Of a DNA stretch of 64,000 nt, positions 53,191-64,000 are shown in pieces; position 1 is the first letter of the stretch; every line of letters starts with the position of its first letter. The notes below the pieces were generated by a model. That model was given only the letters and a program-made list of their open reading frames with translations, was not told where the DNA came from and made no database searches. The translations under genes and the position numbers were made by a program. Origin of the DNA: Mytilus edulis (lineage: Eukaryota); NCBI RefSeq assembly GCF_963676685.1, contig NC_092345.1, positions 28,086,001 through 28,150,000 of the forward strand. The letters are read 5' to 3'.

Positions 53191-54554
53191 TTAATTTTGT
53201 TCCTGAACAAACAATTAATAAGTAAGATATTAAACTATGTAAGTAATCTCGACAACAGAGAAATACAGACAGTACATTTTTTTTAAACTCGTCTGGGCAA
53301 AACACAAACCAGACTAAATCAATATATATTATGAATATTGAAAAATAATACTCACAACCGGTTTGGCACATCATACGCTGTGTTCGAAAATCGGCTTAAA
53401 TTTGTATATGCAATATATTGACACAGTTTATTTTATAATATCTTATTCGAGTTCCTATGATGCACACTGTTTATTTTTTTCGCAATACTTTTGTTCAAAG
53501 AGATATAAAATCATTACGACTACTTCCGTAATGGCATTTCTTAGAACCAGATTTTTTTAGCATGCCCGCTCTGGGTAATTTAATTGAGTAATGCTCTTAG
53601 GTTAAAACTTCATAATAAGTATTCAGCTATGGACAAGTCAGTTTGTTTTCAATATATGTATGACTTTTCATTTTTTTTCAATGTTCCCATGGAAGCGCTA
53701 TTCTATCCATTTATAAATTATTTCCAATTCGACATTCATTTGGCCGTTGAAAAATGCGTGATATACAATCGTTTAATATTTTCTTAGTTCATTTTTTATG
53801 ATAAATGTTTATATTTCATAATTCTGCATTTAACTAATCATTTTTTGCTATATTTGAATATATTAACGTCACGGAATGCGTTTTGGAAAAGATTTTTGCA
53901 AATCTAATTTCTGTGTTAGTTTTTGTTGTACATATATATTTTTGTTTTTTACAGGATTAGAATTCGTTTTGAAACTAATGGTTTATGTCTCTACAAAAAA
54001 AAAAAAAAAACACATCAACGTGGAATACACGTTTCGTGTAAGTTGGCGTTCCATAAAAAACTAGTTTTGCTCGTGTATACGGAATAAAGCTCCATTATTA
54101 CCGTATTAAAATACGAAAAGGGCGACAACCCTATTTACGTGATTAATTCTCATCAATATTCTAAACAAAATAAAAATCATACAAAAATTCCGCCTCTGTG
54201 AAAACTACCAAATTGAAGTCTTCACATCCAAAACCGACGCTTATCATTATGTATGAATACAAATGGATACGATCATGAACCGCTGTTGAAAATTGCAGGA
54301 AAAAAAGAAGAAATTTCTTGAATAATCAGAACGGCTCTCAAGTTTTTCAGTTTACGCAATATTGTCAAAATAATTCAACACAAATAAATTAATTAAGCAA
54401 TAACTTAAATATAACCTTGTATTATTCTGTTTATTGATTATTTCTGTTAACCATATCTCGTTTGATTCAAAATGACAATTATACAAATATATTGCGATAA
54501 ATAGTTCAAAATTAGTTTTTAAATTGATAGCGTTAAGTTTTTGGAACACAATTT

Positions 54555-55420
54555 TATGAAATATCTCATGATTACAATGATTCATTATAGTTAGTCCGTC
54601 AATGATATATCTCATGACGACAATGATTCATTATGGTTAGTCCATCAATGAGATATCTCATGATGACAATGATTCATTATAGTTAGTCCGTCAATGAGAT
54701 ATCTCATGACGATAATGATTCATTATGGTTAGTCCGTCAATAAGATATCTCATGACAAACAATGATTCATTATGGTTAGTCCATCAATGAGATATTTCAT
54801 GATGACAATGATTCATTATAGTTAGTCCATCAATGAGATATATCATGATGACAATTATACATTATGGTTAGTCCATCAATGAGATATCTCATGACGACAA
54901 TGATTCATTAAGGTTTGTCCGTCAATGAAATATTTCATGATGACAATGATTCATCATGGTTCGTCCGTCAATGAAATATCTCATGACGATAATGGTTCAT
55001 TATGGTTCGTCCGTCAGTGAGATATCTCATCACGACAATGATTCATTATAGTTAGTCCGTCAATGAGATATCTCATCACGACAATGATTCATTATGGTTA
55101 GTCCGTCTATGAAATATCTCATCACGACAATGATTCATTATGGTTCGTCCGTCAGTGAGATATCTCATTACGATAGTGATTCATTATGGTTCGTCCGTCA
55201 GCGAGATATCTAATCACGACAATGATTCATTATGGTTAGTCCGTCAATGAGATATATCATGACGACAATGATTCATTATGGTTAGTCCGTCAATGAGATA
55301 TCTCATGACGACAATGATTCATTATGGTTCGTCCGTCAATGATATATCTCATGACGACAATGATTCATTATGGTTCGTCCGTCAATGAGATATCTCATGA
55401 TGACAATGATTCATTGTGGA
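54555..55420. repeat. 46-bp minisatellite x~18-19 (TGAGATATCTCATGACGACAATGATTCATTATGGTTAGTCCGTCAA)
   Basis: Period 46 (54601 to 54647). Contains the 14-bp palindrome ATGAGATATCTCAT and AATGATTCATT. No unique spacers. Confidence 0.95.
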
Positions 55421-55509
55421 TCGTCCCTGAATAAGACAGTACTTGATGTATTATAAGTATCCATATGCATTTTAAATAAAACGACAACAGAAAGCGAATT
55501 GCAAAATAT

Positions 55510-55640
55510 AATAACAACACTATATCTTGCATCCGAAACGCTTTTTCTGGATGTACCTTCATTAGGAACGCTTAAAGCCGAAACAATCGAAGAACTATAT
55601 ATGACCAAAACGGATCTGGACATATTAACCAAATCCATCT
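55510..55640 (-). mobile_element. Fragment with a third hammerhead-like family (R3), core mutated
   Basis: Minus strand: GCGTTC-CTAATGA-AGGTACATCCA-GAAA-AAGCGTT-TC-GGATGC. Stem I GCGTTC/GGATGC can pair; the core reads CUAAUGA instead of CUGAUGA. Confidence 0.5.
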
Positions 55641-58034
55641 AAGGACAACGTTGTATGATGAAGTTATGTTAGTTAATAATTTCTAGAATTAAACGGACAA
55701 TTTAAAAAAAGTTTGTTTTAAATCAGTACAGATGTACTGACTATTGAACTAATGGATTTTGTTCGTGTAAATAAAAACGGTCATTAATGGAAAAATTGTT
55801 ACCTTATATATCTTAACTGGCATCTTAACAAAAAATATCTTTTTCTTTGACTTTTTTCATAAAAAAAAAGTCATGGAATCATAATTTAAATTAAACTTTT
55901 TTTAAACCAGAAAAAAATATCATACTGAACAATGAAACAAATCTGGGGTCAATTAAAAATAAACAAACATAAGAAGAAGAAAAAATGAAGACATACCGAT
56001 TGCTGTTCAATTTGAGTATACAGCGGTGTCTGGTTGTATCCGCCGGATTTTGGATGCCTTGCTACAGGGCGAGCAGTTGCAAGAGGACTTAAACTAGTTC
56101 AACAGCGGAAATCAGAACAGATCAAATAAAACGATAACTTTATTTGTCAGTAAAGAAAAAAAAACTTATTTCAATACCAGAAAATATTAAAGAACAACGG
56201 ATAGTAAAATAGATTAAAGGGGGAATAATGTCTGTTTTAAAAAGTGCAGTACAGTATTGTTAAAACATGTTAGCCACACGTCAATGGAAATTAAAGAATT
56301 GATAAGTCTGACACATTACACGATGGGGTCAGATTAAACTGTTTCTACGTCTTCGACCATGTACCATTGACAGACGAACAAGATGTAGTCGCCCATTACT
56401 TATTGTATATTTGTGATGTTTTCCTGAAGTCAACATATACCTGAAGTTTGTGTGACATGGAAACGGTATTCGTAAACTGTGTAGTATGTTTGTAGGTAAA
56501 ATTTGTCAACTTTCAGAAACATCCCATTAAAAGCAGTTTTACATGTTCTCTAACTTGAAAGGAAATATCTGGGTGGTCAGTAACTGTGTGGTACTTGGAT
56601 TAGTAAAAAGATGATGCAAAAGTGTATGTGACTGTTTTGCACTAAAAATTTGTTAACAGATAAAAAAAAAAGTCGGTAATGAATTCCCTTAACAGGAGTT
56701 ATACATGTAGTGAACAAGCGGGCCAGGAATTAAAAATCTGCACACTGTACTTGTATTGTGTGGATGTTTATTTTAAGGCGCTATTCACATCTGGCTTCTG
56801 TACCTTAACATTCAATGCTAACAATTTTTAAACTTTTTTTCTGCAAAATGGATGAAATTGATTTTGAATTACCAAGAATTTTGTTTTCCGAAAAAAATAT
56901 TTGATTTTTCCCTACTCTACGATAAAATTATGGAGCTGCACTTAAATACAAGGTCTTTCTTTTTTCCATCTTTTCTTAAAGGTTTAATATATCTATCACA
57001 GAAGCAAAAATTACTAGATTATGTATGATATCAAAAAGTGAAATATGAGTTATAAAAAAAAAAAATGAATATACAAATAAAAGATTCTTGAAACCATATG
57101 AGGTCAATAATGATCCCGTCTAAAATTATAAATAATACACATTTTTATAAAGTAATTCTTTCATTCATTTATTCAATCAATCATTGGCCAAATAATTTAA
57201 ACGAAAATAAAATTTCTTTGAATATATTCAGTAAGCGAAATACAAATGAATATGACTAGAAAGTATTGTCTAGTTAAAAAAAGTCTTTAAAAGGGAATGG
57301 GAGAGAAATCCCTTATTATATCTAAAATTCAATTTTTACTGTTATCTCATTAGACTGTCAAATAAGGAATCTTTGCTAATTACAAAATATTACAGATATA
57401 GATCTCGTCAGATAAAAATAAACGAGATTTGACGCGCACATCTTCAAAGGGCAGATAACCTATTGTCTGTTGATTGATTGTTCAATACAACAGGTCACAA
57501 ATGTTATAAATGGCGTGTTTCTTTTTATCTGTACGAATTCATATGAAGACCCGTCATATCCTCTCACGAGATCCGTCCTTATCGGTGATCAATCTGCCCG
57601 TAATGACACCAGGGGTAGATATGTATATAAAAAGTCAAATTTTCTAACCGAGTAGTCATTTGCACCTGCAATTTTGATTGACAGTGTTAAATAACAGAAT
57701 GGTTTTGTCCTTTTCATGATTTGAACCAAAAAGTATTTTTTAAATTTACGAGGTGCGACACACGATAGTCGATAACATTGAACTATCATGCAATATTTTT
57801 CGCTTCATTATTACTATGAAAGAATAGAAAATGGAATACAATCAGCTTTAAGTGGGGATAATATTAATTGAGCGTGAAGACGGTTTATTTTTGTATTTTT
57901 AATTATTATTTTGTATGTTCATTTAAAAACTTATTTATAGATCTGTAAAAAGTTCATTGAACGGTTTGGTTTTAATGTAGTGTTAATTATTACAGATGCT
58001 TAGTTAAACTATGAGGGAAAGAAAAAAAAAAGCC

Positions 58035-58238
58035 TTGGTTTTCTTATCCTAGGCATAGATTACCTATAAGCCGTATTTTGCACAAATTTTTGGAATTTTG
58101 GATCCTCAATGCTCTTCAACTTTGTACCTGTTTGGCTTTATAAATATTTTGATATGAGCGTCACTGATGAGTCTTATGAAGACGAAACGCGCGTCTGGCG
58201 TACTAAATTATAATCCTGGTACCTTTGATAACTATTAG
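58035..58238 (+). mobile_element. Retrozyme/Penelope-type repeat (family R1), best-preserved copy
   Basis: Aligns with 29865-30010 and 50590-50760; carries an intact hammerhead. Confidence 0.8.
58159..58200 (+). ncRNA. Type I hammerhead ribozyme (minimal, palindromic stem III)
   Basis: Stem I CGTCA (58159-63) / TGGCG (58196-200); core CTGATGA (58164-70); stem II GTCTT-ATG-AAGAC; GAAA (58184-87); stem III palindrome ACGCGCGT; GUC cleavage triplet ending at C58195. Confidence 0.9.
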
Positions 58239-59337
58239 CAAGTAAAGCCATTAGATTTGATGTAGTCATTTTAGGAGATAGACCAGAAAAATGTTATAAA
58301 TAGAAAATCAATGCAATCAATAAGCACATTAAAAAAAAATGTAAAAATATAAAATTGGAATAAATGGATGATCAGGATCAGGATCATAGACAAGCGAGAA
58401 TTTCTTTCCTAACAACTTAGAAAAACGCTTTTTTGGTTGGAATTGGTGTTTTTCAGTCTTAAGGTGTCTGTTGGTTGATTTTTCATCTTTTGTGAACTTA
58501 TCTTTTCATTTTGTTGTCTTTGTCAAGATAAGAATTTGATTAAACCCTTTTGAATATTTTTATTTTCATATTATATAATTTGTGACTGGGGTGTATAAAT
58601 AATGGTCATCTGGAACTCTCCAATCCGACATAAAGATCCATTCTAACTATTGGCCTCCGTTTGGCTCTTAATTCAAAGATTTTTTAAAATATATATATTA
58701 GCAGGCACGGGCGATCTGAATAGGACGGGACATTTGATGTTTCATTTAAAGAGAACATGACTCTTTGTAAATTAAAAAAAAAACGGCGACAATCTTTTAA
58801 GGGTTTCGGAGTTGTTCTTATGCAAAGCAAAGTTCTGTCCTTATACTATGTATACTAGTCAAACGATATTATAAAAGTAACGAAACACAAGTTTGAAGTC
58901 CAACTTATCATAAAATATAATGAATAGAAGCAACTGTTAAATTATCTAAAGCAAATGCATTTGATTAAAAGAATTTAACCAAATTTGAAACTGAGAAAAT
59001 ATCGTGTTATTCCACATAGGGGTTAAATTTATTTTTGCGAAAAATTATGAGAAAAGTCGTCACTTGATTTCAAAAAATGAGAATTAAGTATTCAAATATC
59101 TGAAAAAGCATTCAATGGTCTCAGCAAAAAATACATAAAGTATAGGAAGATTTAAGTTCAAATATTGATTTTTTAATTTTTGGTTAAAAATACAATTTTA
59201 AAATAACAAAAATTGCAAGAAAAATAACACTGTAAATATGAGACCAATTTGGCAATAATTTAGCTCGGTACAGCGTATTCATTTTGTTACAGTTAGACAA
59301 TACATTGGCTTGTATCGTTTCTTTTGCTGGTTAGTAT

Positions 59338-59404
59338 TAGCCTGGTATCCCGGCCCGATATCTAGCTGCGCGTTACTGACAAGATTAGCCAGGACCCCAG
59401 GCTA
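59338..59404. mobile_element. 67-bp miniature DNA transposon, TAG...CTA termini, 9-bp TSD
   Basis: TSD GGTTAGTAT at 59329-59337 and 59405-59413; TIR TAGCCTGGTATCCCGGC vs TAGCCTGGGGTCCTGGC (14/17). Confidence 0.8.
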
Positions 59405-60413
59405 GGTTAGTATATCTTCATTTGCCATTGACAAATCAAATTTCCCGCCCATAATTCCGTCAATCTACTGTGCAGAACCTACTTATTGTACCAATATTAA
59501 TTTGTTGTTGTCTAGAATCAACACGAAATACTTGCCACTGGAAGTAAATCAAGCAACAATCAATTAATCAAATAATAAATAAAATATTTTTTTTTAAAAA
59601 AACCTGAAGAATATGACCTTTTTCCTGACCTTAAGGTTTATTTTTAAAAATCAAAACAGAAGGGAAATATGATATTTTTAATCAGTGTTTGGCAGGGGAA
59701 AATGACATCATTATTTATACCCAAAAAAACTTTCCGTACTAAGTACTCTGTCGGTTCCAGCCTCGTTATCACTAAATGACGACACTGTTATCACAAGATG
59801 GTTTCATTTTCCTCAATGAATTATTTACATGTTGAATTGAAAGCGTCAGGAATACTCTTACACTAAAGATTTATTCCCTTTTATAAATGTAAACAATTTG
59901 CCTTTTTATCAAAAATATGACACTAAATTAGCACAATTTGAAGCTTGTCAAAGATTGCGTTAGCTATGCGTTGAAAGGGGTCATAAATTAAGAGGATTAC
60001 TTCATTTCTACTTGGATTGTTATTTTAAGATTAAGATATACATGATACGCAACAGACAATAATTTTGACCCTTTTAAGTGCATCTCGATGATGTATAAGA
60101 TACATCTTAGTACATAACCGTTAAAGTAGTTGTAAAGATAATGTTGTTGGTATGTTGTACTCATTCATTTTCATTGGTGTTTAACTCCACTTTCAGCACT
60201 GTTGGCCATCTCGTGGTGGTCAGTTTTTATTGTTGGACAACTCAAACGACCACTCGTCCACCAATGCCTTGCATTTGAAAGAGTTTTATACTCTTTTATT
60301 ATATTTCTTTCACTCTGTCTTGCTCCTCTTGAGTGTTTATGAAATATTTGCCCTGGAAATGAGCAAACATAATTTGTGAAAGAAGTTAAAATGATAATAA
60401 TGTTCTTAAATTA

Positions 60414-60702
60414 GGCAGCAACCATTTGATTTTTTTTGGGGGCTATGGTTTTTTTTTCTGTGCAAACTTTTTTTTTCGCCTTCGGCGAAGAACAATCTAT
60501 TTTTTTAGCGACAAACCGAAAACAATTTTTTTCTTTCAATTTTAGAATTACATATAGTGGGAGCTGAGAGTGAAACAAACAATTTTTTTTTCTCAGGGTC
60601 CAAAACAAATTATTTTTTTCACCAAAACCTGAAAACAAACTTTTTTTTCCAAAAAAAACCATAGCCCCCCCCCCCCCCCCCGAAAATCAAATGGTTGCTG
60701 CC
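60414..60702. mobile_element. PIF/Harbinger-type MITE (TTA TSD)
   Basis: TTA|GGCAGCAACCATTTGATTT ... AAATCAAATGGTTGCTGCC|TTA; inner IR GGGGCTATGGTTTTT / AAAAACCATAGCCCC. Confidence 0.9.
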
Positions 60703-61679
60703 TTAGATATACACGGTCTATACTCCTTTTTATATAATCATTATCTATCTCTGTGTCTCTTGCTTTTGAATTTTTATGAAATATTTGCCACTGGACGATC
60801 AGCAAGCGAAAATCGCCAAAAACAGTTGAAACGATAATATTGTTCTTATATTGCATTTACAGAGTCCTGTACTTCTTTTCAAATATATACTTTTTTTCTT
60901 GGTCTCTCTCACTCGTGAGGGTTTTGGAAACTGGGCGTTAAGCAAACGACAATCACTATACACATGTAGTTGTAAAAATAATACTGATGGTATGTTGGAT
61001 TACGCAGAGTCAATACTCCCTTTTATATATTTATGTCTCTCTTGTCTTCATTGTTTGTGAAATACTTGCCACTGGACGATAAATAAAAGTATAAAAAGGA
61101 CTGTACACATCGAATGTTGAAGCTTGCTTGTCATTTGGATACCGGTATATCAATACTAACCTATAGTTTATACTATATAGTTTACACTTTATTGGATGTA
61201 TTTGAAATATATTTAATGACTATTGCATATAGGACAAAAATTGACATTTCAGATACCGTTTAATGACAAGTTTAGTAAAATAAAAAACTTAAACGAATGG
61301 GGACATGATGCAGCAAATGAGAATTTCGAAAATGTTGCTTGAGAGACATATGTAAAGATTATTGCTGCAAGCATAAACAAGGTGAACAATTTCTGCTTTT
61401 AATACTGCGTAAAGGCTTCTTCCCTTTTCTTGTCTATTTTCAAAACATAGGACATCTCTGATAATTTTAAGAAAAAAACACCCGTTTCTGTTCATTTTTA
61501 ATCTGAAATGATCACACACATATCCTCTGTAATAAGTAAAACAGTTCTGGCATAGATCAGTCCATTTGTTCTCAAGCAACCACATACCACATCTTCTTAT
61601 ATCTATCTAGTGTTGAGTAAGAACATCTTTATAATGCGCTTCCTCTCGATGTTTCTTTATTTTTTGTATAATTATATAA

Positions 61680-61760
61680 AGTTAGTTTAAGAGACAAATT
61701 GGATGGTGTCAATCTTTATATAGTTAGTTTAAGAGACAAATTGGATGGTGTCAATCTTTA
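61680..61760. repeat. Exact ~40-bp tandem duplication
   Basis: AGTTAGTTTAAGAGACAAATTGGATGGTGTCAATCTTTA occurs twice. Confidence 0.9.
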
Positions 61761-62613
61761 ACGTGTGACCCTATCTGTATGTATTTGCTATAGATTTACA
61801 TATTTTAGTCTTATACGATACAAGCAGTTTATTTTTTTAGATTAGCGGATTGACCTTATCGTTATTTCGGAGTATGATCAATTTAATTTGCTTTGTTGGG
61901 ATATCATATACATGCAGCGGAGATTATTATTACACGACGGGTGCCTCATGTGGAACAGGAACTGCTTACCCTTCCAGAGTACATGTGATTACATCCAGTT
62001 CTTGGTTGGGTTCGTGTTGCTCAGTCTATGTTTTATGTTGTGTACTATTGTTTGTCTTTTTGGTTTTTTTTAGCAATGGCGTTGTCATTTTTTTTTACAT
62101 GTAAGTTTGATTGAATGTCCCTCTGGTTTCTGTCGGCCCTCTTTTGTATCCTAAAAAAACAGAGGACAATTCCATCGTACTGTTTGATTTTTTTAAACCA
62201 TAAGTTTTGTTTTTTCCTGTAGGAGAGCTCAATGAAAACACGATTCGAAAAACAACGTATTTTTTTTTCTGAAAACAAATTGCAGAATAGCTAAACGTAG
62301 AACACTCATGAATGCACTTATACTAAAAATGTTTACCGGGTTAACAAAGTTTACAGGTCAATACTCCCCATTATCTCTCGATCTTAATTTGATACTTTTG
62401 AAATCTTTATTTCTTTTCTTTTTCTGTGTTACATTTGAATGTACCTATGATTCGTTTGATATCAAGACATATACCAAAGGTTAAAGTCACTTTACTGACA
62501 ACGTAGACTCTGCTTTAAAAGAGGGCTGGCTTCATTACTGCTCGTAAAATACATGCTAGGATAAGAATAAAACAGATATAGTATGATTTCAAGTGAGACA
62601 ATTAACTATCCAC

Positions 62614-62689
62614 CATTCGTCTCAACTCGGCCGATTCCGTACCCTCATACAGAAGGAGAGTAGCGGATTGTACCGAGGATTGCCGAATG
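62614..62689. mobile_element. 76-bp palindromic miniature transposon with 10-bp TSD, inserted in a family B repeat
   Basis: TSD AACTATCCAC at 62604-62613 and 62690-62699; termini CATTCG...CGAATG; inner pairs CTCGG/CCGAG and TCCG/CGGA. Confidence 0.8.
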
Positions 62690-63031
62690 AACTATCCACT
62701 ACAGACTTAATGTCATAGATGTTCGCAACTATAGGTCATCGTTCGACAAAATCAAAACCACATAGCAAACCACAAAGGCCCCGAGAAAAAACGTAAAACA
62801 ATTTAATCAAAAAAACCAACGGCATGATTTATGTACCAAAAAAGAACAACAAACGAAATACTAATAAGATATACAACAACAAACGACAACCACTAAATTA
62901 CAGAATCTTGGCTTCTGGTGTTCTTTTTCTTTACCCAGTCACGACGGAAAGTACAAAGGACTCAACCACTTAAATCAAGCTCTTGTTATTAAAGCCTTCT
63001 TTTTTTCGTAACAGCTTTAAAAATATGGGAT

Positions 63032-63839
63032 TTAAGTAGAAATTGTTAAATGACTTTGGTCTTCATCAACACAATCTGTAATATGTTCATAGTAAGCATA
63101 CATATGTATAATGTCTTGATATTTATTAGCACCTTGACATGTATGGGCACCATATTTAAAGTAACCGTTATTATAAAACATACCATTCCTCTTTTGTGAG
63201 TGGAAAAACAGTTTTTGTTGTTTTATAAAAAAAATAAACAAGCATATATATTTTCCCCATTGACATACAGGAACAAGAATGCTTTGTTTCAATCCAAAGT
63301 TGAATTCATTTACCCCGGATTTTTAATGGAAACAAATAATATTTTTCATTTCCTGAAACGACAATATTTTTTTTTTATAAATATACTAGTGACCATGCTA
63401 AACATGAATGGTTGGTATATAACCATGTCACATATACCATTGACCCTACAAGCACTTTTTGTAGTTGACAAAGCATAGTAAAGTAGCATATGGAATGTGA
63501 GCATATTGTTTTGAACACACAAGTCCACCTGCAGAACACAAAAACTGATAAAAATGTGTTTGTTTTGCCAAAAAAAAAAGTGTACTCCTGTGTCCTATGT
63601 CAATTTCCTATGACACGAGCGTGCTATATAATAATTTTACATTATGACCGAAGTTATGAAATAGGTGACATCCGGAAGGCTCCCTACTTCATTACACAGA
63701 GCATCGGGATGCATGACCTCGGCCATGTCACGACTGCCTCTGTGTCAAATGCCAGACCAAAAAGCACAATAAGTAACATATAATTAATATGTATCAAAGC
63801 TAAATGTCATGCAATAAAGAATTAACAAGGTCCTTTCAC
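63032..63839 (-). pseudogene. Apextrin-like (ApeC domain) pseudogene
   Basis: Signal-peptide-like MLLIVLFGLAFDTEAVVTWPR (ATG at 63779), then across frameshifts PSGC, RKLT*DTG (cf. R.QDTE), KKYCRFRK (cf. WP.G.YCI.KK) and YFKYGAHTCQGANK...YAYYEHITDCVDED (cf. YLFKYG..CQ.V.GM...EYI..D.ED). AG acceptors at ~63840 and ~63528. Confidence 0.5.
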
Positions 63840-64000
63840 CTGCAAGAAAAGTGTTACAATTTTGTCACAGTCAAATGGTGGAGTTTAAAATTGCGTGATG
63901 ATATCTTAAGACTTACCATTGTCCATTCAGAAATTAAATTGCTTAATTGGTCGTTAAATTGTAACTGAGTAAATTCTCCTGAATTCTAATATGAAATATT

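Noticed and set aside
54555-55420. CRISPR-like array (palindromic repeats at regular period)
   Set aside because: Units are contiguous copies with no unique spacers, no cas genes are present, and the context is eukaryotic.

Overview
This is a strongly AT-rich, repeat-dense eukaryotic window. Its repeat families look like those of a bivalve mollusc (Mytilus-like); that is pattern recognition, not a database result. I find no intact protein-coding gene, rRNA, true tRNA or CRISPR array, and most ORFs in the supplied track are repeat artefacts. The window holds five kinds of content. (1) Heavily decayed immune-type pseudogenes read by hand across stops and frameshifts: two Toll-like receptor remnants (25.9-29.1 kb +, 37.45-39.2 kb -), an apextrin/ApeC-like remnant (63.0-63.8 kb -) and a RING/TRIM-like first exon (11.7-11.9 kb -). 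(2) Hammerhead-ribozyme-bearing retrozyme/Penelope-type repeats of three sequence families, with one structurally intact type I hammerhead at 58159-58200. (3) Non-autonomous Helentron-like (HINE/DINE-type) elements, including a 4.35-kb head-to-tail or nested stack of six different-length elements (39.9-44.3 kb) carrying about 20 RFX X-box-like palindromes, many fused to YY1-like motifs. (4) MITEs with clear TIRs and TSDs (TTA, TTAA, 9-10 bp), a 457-bp foldback, tRNA-derived SINEs and other interspersed families. (5) Several minisatellites built from palindromic monomers. Coordinates were counted by hand, so edges of degenerate features are approximate.
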